From Minisyncoccia bacterium (GTDB lineage: Bacteria; Patescibacteriota; Minisyncoccia; Phycocordibacterales; CAJQIN01): 39,464 bases of DNA. Position numbers and translations under genes: made by a program. Each line of letters starts with the position of its first letter. The stretch's first letter is position 1. The stretch spans positions 1 through 39,464 of the forward strand of contig JBGSXG010000048.1 of assembly GCA_041751485.1 (NCBI GenBank), given 5' to 3'. This document shows, in pieces, positions 1 through 7,529 of the stretch. A model generated the notes under the pieces. The model did not search any database, was not told the origin of the DNA, and worked only from the letters and a program-made list of their open reading frames with translations.

Positions 1-1021
1 GGATATTATTATCGCTCGCTCTGATGTTCCTCTTGATAAAAAACGAAAAGAAAAGATTGCTACTTTTTGTAATATAAAAGCAGATCATGTCATCTCTGCC
101 CCGGACGTTGAGAGTATTTATGATGTGCCTATAAATTTTGAGAAAGATCATTTGGGAGATATTCTTTGTGATGTATTGTCTTTGAAAAAGAAAACAAAAT
201 CCCCAGGTCTCACAGAATGGAAGCGTTTTGTTCAGAAATCTAAGAATGGCAACAAAATGGTTAACATTGCCGTAGTTGGTAAATATTTTGATTCAGGGGA
301 CTTCGTACTTTCTGATGTGTACATCTCTGTCTTGGAGGCAATCAAGTACTCATCTTATAAAAACAACACTAAAGCTAAAATTCACTATATCAACTCTAAA
401 GACATTGAGAGTGGAAAGCTGAAAGTTCAAGAGTTAAAAAAATATGATGGCATACTTGTTCCGGGCGGTTTTGGAGAAACTGGCATTGAGGGTATTGTTA
501 CAACTATTCGTTATGCTCGAGAGCATAAAATTCCGTATTTCGGATTGTGTTACGGTATGCAGTTGTTGGTTCTTGAATTTGCTCGTAATGTCGTAGGTCT
601 TGCCGGAGCACATACAGCTGAGATTAAGCCAGAAGCTAAGTATGTAGTTATTGATATTATGCCAGAGCAAAAAGAGTTGATGAAAAAACAAAAATATGGA
701 GGCACAATGCGACTTGGTTCATATCCTGCCATCTTAAAGAAGGGCACTATCGCTAGACGAGAGTATGGATCTATAGAGATTATGGAACGTCATAGACATC
801 GATACGAAGTTAATCCTGAGTATATTGCACGCTTGCAAGATGCCGGCCTTGTATTTTCTGGCACTTCTCCAGATCACCGCTTAATGGAAATTGCAGAATT
901 GCCCAAGAAAACCCATCCGTTTTTTGTTGGTACCCAGTTTCACCCCGAATTCCAAGCCAGACCCTTGGCACCGCACCCACTTTTCAGCGCTTTCATCAAG
1001 GCATGTCTTAAGAAAAACTAA
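1..1021 (+). CDS. pyrG: CTP synthase, C-terminal glutamine amidotransferase part (5' end lies outside the window; frame open from nt 2)
   Basis: The frame of ORF 125..1021 stays open back to nt 2 (DIIIARSDVPLDKKRKEKIATFCN...). Class-I GATase motifs are present: VPGGFG, GLCYGMQ (nucleophile Cys), HRHRYEVN, QFHPEF. Stop TAA at 1019-1021. Confidence 0.9.
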   Translation, partial: DIIIARSDVPLDKKRKEKIATFCNIKADHVISAPDVESIYDVPINFEKDHLGDILCDVLSLKKKTKSPGLTEWKRFVQKSKNGNKMVNIAVVGKYFDSGDFVLSDVYISVLEAIKYSSYKNNTKAKIHYINSKDIESGKLKVQELKKYDGILVPGGFGETGIEGIVTTIRYAREHKIPYFGLCYGMQLLVLEFARNVVGLAGAHTAEIKPEAKYVVIDIMPEQKELMKKQKYGGTMRLGSYPAILKKGTIARREYGSIEIMERHRHRYEVNPEYIARLQDAGLVFSGTSPDHRLMEIAELPKKTHPFFVGTQFHPEFQARPLAPHPLFSAFIKACLKKN

Positions 1022-1032
1022 AAGCTATTAAC

Positions 1033-1584
1033 ATGGAATGGATAGATCTAAAAACAATATATACAATCTTGCACATATTTGGTGCAGTTTTTGGTGCCGG
1101 AGGAGCATATGTTTCTGATGCAATGTTTTTCGCATCGATTAAAGACGAGGTTATTTCTAAAGTAGAGCTCCGTTTTCTAAAGATTGGTAGCATTTTTGTA
1201 TGGGCTGGATTAACCCTGGCTATCATTTCGGGCTTGCTGTTGTTTTCAACAAACCCATCTGGTTATTTGGACTCTTCAAAATTTCTAGTTAAGGTCTGTA
1301 TTGTGCTGGTCATATTTCTCAATGGTCTAGTTTTCCATTTAACACATCTTCCAAGAATGCACCGACACGCCGGACACCACTATCCATCGTCTGATGAATT
1401 TACAAGAAAATCAAAACTTCTGCTGGCTAGTGGAGTGGTCTCTGTCACTTCTTGGACTTTTGTTTTAATTTTGGGATCTCTTCGTAGTATTCCGATTGAT
1501 TTCACAACAGCCCTTGTTGGCTACGTTGTTTTTGAAGTCGTGGCAGTTTCCATAGCGATCGTTTTTTCAAAGAAGCTGTTGTAA
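1033..1584 (+). CDS. hypothetical polytopic membrane protein
   Basis: 183-aa ORF starting 12 nt after the pyrG stop. It has about 5 hydrophobic helices and a His-rich loop (HLPRMHRHAGHH). No family motif recognised. Confidence 0.5.
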   Translation: MEWIDLKTIYTILHIFGAVFGAGGAYVSDAMFFASIKDEVISKVELRFLKIGSIFVWAGLTLAIISGLLLFSTNPSGYLDSSKFLVKVCIVLVIFLNGLVFHLTHLPRMHRHAGHHYPSSDEFTRKSKLLLASGVVSVTSWTFVLILGSLRSIPIDFTTALVGYVVFEVVAVSIAIVFSKKLL

Positions 1585-1614
1585 TAATTCGTCGTAACAT
1601 TTGGTAATAGTTAT

Positions 1615-2112
1615 TTAGTGAGCTAAGGCTGTCCTCTCTAAGATTTTTCGGGCCTCTTTGTTTTGAGGAACTTGTTCATCTTTGGCCGTATAGTAGGATT
1701 CTACTATAAGGATTAATTGCAGTGGAGAGAAGTCTGCATAATTTCCTAGCAACACTTTCTTTACTTTATTACGTGCTTTGGTTGTTAGACCCTCCAAGAC
1801 AATATCTTTTCTATAAGATGGGACAAACAAGTACAATGCCTCCGGATTATACAGCCGGTCGCTTCTGTCTACTGCTTCTCGAAGTTGGCGTACAATGTCT
1901 GCGCGAACTTTGAAGCTATTAGGACCGAACGTAGAAGCATATTCGTACGGTGACATTTCCTCGTCTGAATAGTCGCGGTCACTTATGTGTACGTTATCTA
2001 TTTCATTAATGATACCTTCATGGGCAAGATAAAGAATTGCTTGCTGACCTCCGCAGACAACAAACATTGTTCTCGTACTGCCAAATTGAGGCAGGAAGTT
2101 ACTTATGTGCAT
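1615..2112 (-). CDS. eRF1-like / Host_attach (baeRF-like) family protein, tentative
   Basis: 165-aa ORF. The pattern TMFVVCGGQQAILY...(acidic loop)...FKVRADIVRQLREAV...ALYLFVPSYRKDIVLEGL...KVKKVLLGNYADFSPLQL resembles the Host_attach layout (N-terminal beta-strand 'vvvadg..A.i', central 'L.LvAp....lr..L', 'kdlt' segment). Recognised by eye only. Confidence 0.4.
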   Translation of the reverse strand: MHISNFLPQFGSTRTMFVVCGGQQAILYLAHEGIINEIDNVHISDRDYSDEEMSPYEYASTFGPNSFKVRADIVRQLREAVDRSDRLYNPEALYLFVPSYRKDIVLEGLTTKARNKVKKVLLGNYADFSPLQLILIVESYYTAKDEQVPQNKEARKILERTALAH

Positions 2113-2414
2113 ATTTTATTTTATTGTTTAAATAGTAAACAATGAGGGGGGTGCTCTACCGTTAGGTAAAGCTTTGATCGCCAGTAGTATGCTTGTTCGA
2201 CGTCTGCCGAGTGAAAATGAGGTCGCACTCACGCGACAGCAAGCTGATTAATGATAATCTTCTTGCGATGTGTATCGTTAACTATAGCTTTGTGCCTTGT
2301 GGAAAAGCAAGAGGATAACATTGTGGATTGGCTGGGGAGAGCAAGTGGACAACAATGCGTCACTTTATTAAAACCCGCCTTGGGTTTTGTGGGCATAACT
2401 GTTACTGTGTAGAT

Positions 2415-2864
2415 ATGTTAGAAATTGGTACATTAGCACCGGAATTCACTCTTCCGGATCAAGAAGGTACGCAACACTCACTATCCGATTATCGTGGTGG
2501 TTATGTTCTTGTTTATTTTTATCCTAAAGATGATACACCTGGTTGTACTAAAGAAGCTTGCGCTATTCGTGATGTGTGGAAAGAATTCGAAGAAGCTGGC
2601 ATTACTGTTTTGGGTATTAGTAAAGACAGTGTTGAGAGCCACAAGAAGTTTGTTGAAAAATACAAATTACCTTTTACGTTGTTGTCTGATCCTAGCAAGG
2701 AAGTTATTCAAGAGTATAAAGCCCTCCGCGGAGTTTTTGTATCTAGAATGTCGTATCTTATTGACCCCGATGGGAATATCGCTAAAACGTACTCGAAAGT
2801 GGATCCAGCTGTACATGCTGAAGAGATTTTGAAAGATAAAAAGAGTCTTTTAGGAAAAAATTAA
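2415..2864 (+). CDS. bcp: thiol peroxidase Bcp/PrxQ (peroxiredoxin)
   Basis: FYPKDDTPGCTKEACAIRD (PxxxTxxC peroxidatic Cys plus resolving Cys 5 residues later). ATG 2415 (MLEIGTLAPEFTLPDQ) was chosen as start because the 29-aa upstream extension of ORF 2328 is not peroxiredoxin-like. Confidence 0.85.
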   Translation: MLEIGTLAPEFTLPDQEGTQHSLSDYRGGYVLVYFYPKDDTPGCTKEACAIRDVWKEFEEAGITVLGISKDSVESHKKFVEKYKLPFTLLSDPSKEVIQEYKALRGVFVSRMSYLIDPDGNIAKTYSKVDPAVHAEEILKDKKSLLGKN

Positions 2865-2948
2865 AACCTCTTGATATTTATTGTTAGAAGAGTAGTGTGA
2901 TGTTTGGAAATTCTATCTCTACAAAATAACAAAAAAGGAGTCTTTGAG

Positions 2949-3668
2949 ATGAATCTGGGACAGCAAATAAAAGTTCTTTTTGATTTGTATGGTCGGAGGA
3001 ATGCAATTCATTTTCGGGGAGAAACTAGATTTCTGGCTCTGCACGATAGTGTCAGGATGCTAAATAAGCTTCTTCGAAAAGGTGAGACAGACAAAGAGGT
3101 TCTTGGAAAGATGCTTGCTGCTGTGTTTGCTTGGACCTGTGCTATTGCAGACAGTTTCATTGATTTGGAATTAGTAAGGGAACTCTGTAATAAGTACCCG
3201 CACTTTGGTTGTGCATACTGTAGGCAAAAAAAATGCATGTGTAGTGAGGATAGACAGTTTCAGTACAAAGAGTATCAGTCACTTCATCCGCAAAGGGAAT
3301 GGACTATTTCCGAGTGGTGTGCCCATCTCGACGAAGTCTATGGCGCAAACAACAGGGCAAGGGGTCTTGGGCAGTGCTTACTTCGTTTGTATGAAGAGAT
3401 TTCTGAAGCTGAAATCACGGTGTTGACACATGTCCATCACGCTGATAAGTCGGTCGACGATCTAAGGAAGTACACCGCCAGAGAGTTTGCCGATGTCTTT
3501 GCTTGGATTTTCTCACTAGCGGCCTTGCTCGAAGTGGATCTTCAGTTAAGTGTTGAGAATGCCTATAATGCGGGGTGCCGCCGTTGTGAAAGAAGGGTTT
3601 GGTGCAATTGCCCTAATCCAGCAATGATTAGCGCCCGTGTCTCAGTAGGTTCTCGTTTTGGTGAATAA
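2949..3668 (+). CDS. tandem MazG-like (all-alpha NTP pyrophosphohydrolase-like) protein with two Cys knuckles
   Basis: AAGGAG lies 8 nt upstream of ATG 2949. There is an internal duplication. Half 1 ends ...AAVFAWTCAIADSF...KYPHFGCAYCRQKKCMC. Half 2 has LYEEISEAE...EFADVFAWIFSLAALLEVDL...AGCRRCERRVWCNC. The E-E-x-x-E / E-x-x-D acidic motifs are retained only in half 2. Confidence 0.55.
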   Translation: MNLGQQIKVLFDLYGRRNAIHFRGETRFLALHDSVRMLNKLLRKGETDKEVLGKMLAAVFAWTCAIADSFIDLELVRELCNKYPHFGCAYCRQKKCMCSEDRQFQYKEYQSLHPQREWTISEWCAHLDEVYGANNRARGLGQCLLRLYEEISEAEITVLTHVHHADKSVDDLRKYTAREFADVFAWIFSLAALLEVDLQLSVENAYNAGCRRCERRVWCNCPNPAMISARVSVGSRFGE

Positions 3669-3700
3669 TCAAGTGCTCCCGTATTTTTAGGGGGCATTTT

Positions 3701-4825
3701 TTAATGATGGTGCGTATGACTATGAACACTTTTTAAGTCTTCTTTGCTTCTTAAGAGCCAGACAGCTAAGGCGGTGGTTATAGGAACAGTAGCTATTAGG
3801 CCAATACTACCAACAATAGCGCGTACAATTTCTGTGGCGAAGATTTCATTGTTTATTATTTCCATAAAAGAAGATTCTGATCTAGAGAAAAGCATCAAAA
3901 GAGGGAGGGATACTCCGGCATAAGCTAATACCAGAGTATTAACTAAAGCGCTGACGTGCTCACGTCCGACACGGATGGCTTTCTTATACACTTCTTTTTC
4001 TCCCAAGTGTTTCCCGGCTGATTTTAGCTCAGCTACTACAGCAACTTGTGTGACGGCAATATCATCTAGGACTCCCAAAACACCAATGATAATACCTCCA
4101 AGTAAGAGTCCTCGTAGGTTTAGCATTCCTTCGGTGCTTATGTTTAAAAAGGCAGTATCATCAGAAAAGAAACCACTTAGTGTAGCGATACGTACGGAGA
4201 CATAAGCAAGAATTCCAGTTAAGATGATGGCGATAGTTGTACCGAGGAAAGCCACTAATGATTGTTTGTTAAAGCCGTGGGTAAAGAAGACCGCTACGAA
4301 AAGAATAACTGCACCGATTATGATGCTGACTAGTACTGGAGAATAGCCGTTTATTAAAAGTGGGAGTAGGACAAAGATAATGACAGAAAAACTACCAATC
4401 AGAGAAAGCAGGGAACGTAAGCCTTGCTTACCACCGAATAGGATTACCACTCCGGCAAAAAGGGCCGTTAAGAGTATTAATGGGCCACGTCGATCAACAT
4501 CTCGCACTGAATAAATACGTTCTCCATTTGTAGTTTCAAAATAATAGATGAAAAACTTTTGACCCTCTTTTAGTTCAATGTAGTCATTATCAAATCGTAC
4601 GAGTTCGCCTGTCTGTGGTCCGTCAGTAATCTCAGCGCTAATTTCTTGAATTGTTGTTAAGGCTCCAGTTCCAGGCAAGATCTCTTCTCGTGTACTATGC
4701 ACTTCTGTCACGCGTGCAGATGCAAAGCCCTGTAGACCATCGCCAGAAACATATGCTAGGGCAGGAGTACCCGTAAGCACAAACAGAAATAAGCCTACTA
4801 GAAGTAATGTGCGCAGTCTTTTCAT
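3701..4825 (-). CDS. YibE/F-family membrane protein with C-terminal His cluster
   Basis: Start placed at MKRLRTLLLVG (ATG 4825), 10 nt after the upstream regulator's stop. Signal/anchor, then an extracytoplasmic ~110-aa domain, then 6-7 TM helices. C-terminus is HSHTHHH. Family call made from overall architecture by eye. Confidence 0.6.
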   Translation of the reverse strand: MKRLRTLLLVGLFLFVLTGTPALAYVSGDGLQGFASARVTEVHSTREEILPGTGALTTIQEISAEITDGPQTGELVRFDNDYIELKEGQKFFIYYFETTNGERIYSVRDVDRRGPLILLTALFAGVVILFGGKQGLRSLLSLIGSFSVIIFVLLPLLINGYSPVLVSIIIGAVILFVAVFFTHGFNKQSLVAFLGTTIAIILTGILAYVSVRIATLSGFFSDDTAFLNISTEGMLNLRGLLLGGIIIGVLGVLDDIAVTQVAVVAELKSAGKHLGEKEVYKKAIRVGREHVSALVNTLVLAYAGVSLPLLMLFSRSESSFMEIINNEIFATEIVRAIVGSIGLIATVPITTALAVWLLRSKEDLKSVHSHTHHH

Positions 4826-4835
4826 ACTAAGTATC

Positions 4836-5258
4836 CTAGCATTTTTTACACACTCGGCAGATACCAAAAAACTCAAGTGTGTGGTCGAGTGTCCCAGAAA
4901 ACATTTTGGATGTTTGTTTCAGTTTTTTCTCGACAGAAGGGGGGAGACAAATGTTTATGTGTTCACGAGTTCCGCACTTAGTACAGACAATGTGATGATG
5001 GTGGTGATCTTGGAATTCATAATAATTTTTGGAATCCCTAAAATCAGTTTGATAGATAATACGACTCTCTACTAGTTGGTCTAGGATTCTGTATACTGTC
5101 GACTGGTCAACGTGTTTTTTAACTGCTTTGTACACATCAGGCACCGATAGGGGTTTAGAAGCTTTCATTAGGGCAGACAATACGCATACGCGCTCTGTCG
5201 TAACTTTTAGACCTGTTTGTTGCAGAATGTGTTCTGATTGTTGTTGCTTTTTTTTCAT
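4836..5258 (-). CDS. zur: Fur-family metalloregulator, Zur-like
   Basis: wHTH N-terminus (TTERVCVLSAL...VYRILDQLVE), HHHHH metal site, and two CxxC pairs (CTKC ... CRVC). Start taken at MKKKQQQ (ATG 5258) because a TATACT -10 lies 7 nt upstream. Flanked by zinc-type genes. Confidence 0.8.
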   Translation of the reverse strand: MKKKQQQSEHILQQTGLKVTTERVCVLSALMKASKPLSVPDVYKAVKKHVDQSTVYRILDQLVESRIIYQTDFRDSKNYYEFQDHHHHHIVCTKCGTREHINICLPPSVEKKLKQTSKMFSGTLDHTLEFFGICRVCKKC

Positions 5259-5260
5259 AT

Positions 5261-5278
5261 TTTGTAGTATACTACAAA
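5261..5278. promoter_or_regulatory. 18-bp perfect palindrome TTTGTAGTATACTACAAA, candidate Zur/Fur box in the divergent zur / ZIP promoter region
   Basis: Perfect inverted repeat located 3 nt from the zur start codon. It overlaps the TATACT -10-like hexamer of zur (minus strand, plus coordinates 5266-5271). A second imperfect repeat AAATGC-N9-GCATTT lies at 5276-5296. Confidence 0.5.
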
Positions 5279-5322
5279 TGCGAATAATTTGCATTTAGAA
5301 TTATTAAAGACTTTATTTTTAT

Positions 5323-6198
5323 ATGATATACGTTATTTTTGCTTCTGTCGCTATTATGCTCGTTTCTCTGGCTGGTGTTTTTTCTGTATGGAAAAGGGCT
5401 GGGCAGATTATCGAAAGAAATACTAGTTTTCTGGTTAGTTTTGCTGCGGGTGTATTTTTGATTGTTTCTTATAATCTGGCCATGGAGGTGCTTGAACACG
5501 GAGAAAGTATCCTAGAAAGTCTTATATGGATTGGTGTTGGTGTCTTTGGTATATTGGTGTTTTTTAGAATTTTGCCTCATTTTCATCATCACCACGATGA
5601 AAATGAAGAGGAGCATGCCCACTCGCAGATTGATGTGCGCAGAATTTTGATAGGAGATGGTGTGCATAACATTGGCGACGGAATATTGATTGCTGCAAGT
5701 TTCGCAGTTTCTCCAGTAGTTGGGTTTATCGCTACTTTTAGTGTGTTTGTTCACGAGTTGGTTCAGGAAGTATCTGAGTTTTTTGTTTTGCGTCAGGCAG
5801 GTATGTCAGTTAGGAAAGCTTTGTCGATAAACTTTGTTGTGTCTAGCACTATCCTTATAGGCGCTTTGGGTGGATTTATTTTTCTAGAAACGTTTGAGGC
5901 TATCGAGATGCCACTTTTGGGCATTGCAGCGGGTTCTTTCTTTGTCGTGGTTATTTACGACCTCATCCCGCATTCAGTTCGTAATTCACGTGGCAAGACC
6001 CATCATCTTAAGCACATAGTTTGGTTTTTTGCTGGTGTTGCTATGATGTTTTTTCTCGGTACTATTTTTGGACATGGACACGGAGATGATGACCATGATC
6101 ACGATCGCAATCATTTAGAAGAATTCCACCACGTAGATGAGGATGAGCACGATCATGAAGAGAACCATGAGGATGATCACGGACACGACCACCAGTAA
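5323..6198 (+). CDS. zupT: ZIP-family divalent metal (zinc) transporter with His-rich loop and long His/Asp/Glu tail
   Basis: ZIP signature helices HNIGDGILIA and HELVQEVSEF. Loop HFHHHHDENEEEHAH. About 40-aa C-terminal tail GHGHGDDDHDHDRNHLEEFHHVDEDEHDHEENHEDDHGHDHQ. Confidence 0.85.
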   Translation: MIYVIFASVAIMLVSLAGVFSVWKRAGQIIERNTSFLVSFAAGVFLIVSYNLAMEVLEHGESILESLIWIGVGVFGILVFFRILPHFHHHHDENEEEHAHSQIDVRRILIGDGVHNIGDGILIAASFAVSPVVGFIATFSVFVHELVQEVSEFFVLRQAGMSVRKALSINFVVSSTILIGALGGFIFLETFEAIEMPLLGIAAGSFFVVVIYDLIPHSVRNSRGKTHHLKHIVWFFAGVAMMFFLGTIFGHGHGDDDHDHDRNHLEEFHHVDEDEHDHEENHEDDHGHDHQ

Positions 6199-6259
6199 TT
6201 GTATTTAGTGAGTCTGGTATAATCTAAATATTAACAGAACGCATAAAAAAGTACTTAAT

Positions 6260-6658
6260 ATGATACAAAAATACATTGGCCATCGGCCTGATTTAGGAAT
6301 TCTAGTTTTGAGAATTGTTATCGGTGTGGCTTTTATTGCCCACGGATATGCAAAGTTTGCTGGAGGTATCGAAAATGTGGCTGGATTTTTTACCACATTG
6401 GGTATTCCAGCAGCACTTCTTATGGCTTGGATAGTTGCACTTGTTGAATTCGTAGGTGGTCTTGCAATCCTTTTGGGTGTTGGTACACGACTTGCGGCAC
6501 TTCTTTTGGCGGTGGTGATGGTTGTGGCTATTGCTACTGCTAAATTCCCGCTTGGTTTTTTGGGTGGGTACGAGCTTGATGTAGTTATCTTAGGAAGTTT
6601 GATCGCGCTACTACTTGGTGGATCAGGTAAGTATGCTGTTTTAAAAGAAAGAGATTAG
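6260..6658 (+). CDS. DoxX-family membrane protein
   Basis: 132 aa, 4 TM helices. LGILVLRIVIGVAFIAHGYAKF...GIPAALLMAWIVALVEFVGGLAILLG is typical DoxX. Confidence 0.75.
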   Translation: MIQKYIGHRPDLGILVLRIVIGVAFIAHGYAKFAGGIENVAGFFTTLGIPAALLMAWIVALVEFVGGLAILLGVGTRLAALLLAVVMVVAIATAKFPLGFLGGYELDVVILGSLIALLLGGSGKYAVLKERD

Positions 6659-6684
6659 AGATTAGAGTTTGGAAAATAGAAAAA
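6650..6684. repeat. phased heptamer array agagatt|agagatt|agagttt|ggaaaat|agaaaaa
   Basis: Read directly from the sequence. It begins inside the last doxX codons. Confidence 0.7.
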
Positions 6685-6685
6685 G

Positions 6686-6718
6686 AAAACCCCCGAAGCC
6701 TAAGGCTTCGGGGGTTTT
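6686..6718. terminator. bidirectional intrinsic terminator (AAAACCCCCGAAGCC-TAA-GGCTTCGGGGGTTTT)
   Basis: Perfect 15-bp stem including an A-run and a T-run, placed between the convergent doxX (+) and truB-like (-) genes. Confidence 0.75.
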
Positions 6719-6726
6719 AAACTTTA

Positions 6727-6808
6727 ATTTTAGGCTTGATTAGAATTTAGGACTTAGAGTTTGTAGTTTAGTAGTTCTCTAGTCTCCAATCTCTAACGCC
6801 TAGTGTCT
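6727..6808. repeat. TTAG/CTCT-word heptamer-like array
   Basis: TAG at 6748, 6755 and 6769. The phase is perfect in 6781-6808 (agtctcc|aatctct|aacgcct|agtgtct), with one phase slip upstream. Confidence 0.55.
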
Positions 6809-7517
6809 ATTTTAAAATTTCCGTTCTTCTTAATTTCAAAAGTGTTGTCGGAAAAGAAAATTCTTCTGCCAGGCCTCTAATAAAAGTTCCGCTAGACACA
6901 TGTAAATCAACTTTAAAAACCTGCATATCCTTTGTCGCATCTTTAAAAAATTCTTTCCAACAATTTAAAATATCTTCTTGTCTAAAATCACCAGAAACTT
7001 TTTGTATGGAAGATTCGATATCTTTACGAACTTCTTCAGACTTTATGTTGTCTATAGAAATTAAACTCGAGTCTCTAATTGAGACCTTTTGAATAGGGCG
7101 GTTAATCTCTGTATTGCCTGCTTTAAAGTGATCAAAGAGCTTTATGCCGCCTACTGTTTTCCCAGAAAACCACGGGTAAGTTTGCTCAGTAATCTGTTTT
7201 AAATCTGAAATCTCTTTCTCCAAAATACTCCAATTAATTGGAGTATTTTTGGTACGCGCAATCAGTCCGAGAGTATCCCCAGTGTCCGTTGATACTCCTG
7301 CTAGAAAAGTAGCTGTATATATTTTGTCGTAGCCAAGGTGTTTTTTTCTATCAGCATTTTCTTGCTTGCCGACTAAAATCAGCATCACTCCCTCTGCCAT
7401 TGGATCTAGGCGTCCGGCATACGAAAGAGTTTCTTCTTTTAATTCTGGGCGTTCTTGTCTGATTCGATCAAGAAGTTCGAGTGGTGTTTCGCCTCGAAGT
7501 TTATCTACCAGTAACAT
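6807..7517 (-). CDS. truB: tRNA pseudouridine synthase, TruB family (short, no PUA domain)
   Basis: LLVDKLRGETPLELLDRI...SYAGRLDPMAEGVMLILVG (catalytic Asp motif xLDPxAxG), followed by GVSTDTGDTLG. Confidence 0.7.
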   Translation of the reverse strand: MLLVDKLRGETPLELLDRIRQERPELKEETLSYAGRLDPMAEGVMLILVGKQENADRKKHLGYDKIYTATFLAGVSTDTGDTLGLIARTKNTPINWSILEKEISDLKQITEQTYPWFSGKTVGGIKLFDHFKAGNTEINRPIQKVSIRDSSLISIDNIKSEEVRKDIESSIQKVSGDFRQEDILNCWKEFFKDATKDMQVFKVDLHVSSGTFIRGLAEEFSFPTTLLKLRRTEILK

Positions 7518-7529
7518 ATAAAAATTGTA

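Noticed and set aside
2217-2318. 33-codon ORF MRSHSRDSKLINDNLLAMCIVNYSFVPCGKARG in the bcp upstream spacer.
   Set aside because: There is no SD or leaderless -10 geometry, and no supporting signal beyond being open.
2141-2400. Possible tmRNA, SRP RNA or RNase P RNA next to the eRF1-like gene (GGGGGG start, UUCGACG, GCCGAG words).
   Set aside because: There is no T-arm (GGUUCGAAUCC-like), no 3' acceptor/CCA partner for the G-run, no GGAAGCAGC SRP motif and no GAGGAAAGUCC RNase P motif on either strand. It is kept only as an unassigned structured spacer.
2328-2414. 29-codon N-terminal extension of bcp (MAGESKWTTMRHFIKTRLGFCGHNCYCVD).
   Set aside because: Peroxiredoxin homology starts at MLEIGTLAPEF (ATG 2415). 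The extension runs through a hairpin and has no homologous counterpart.
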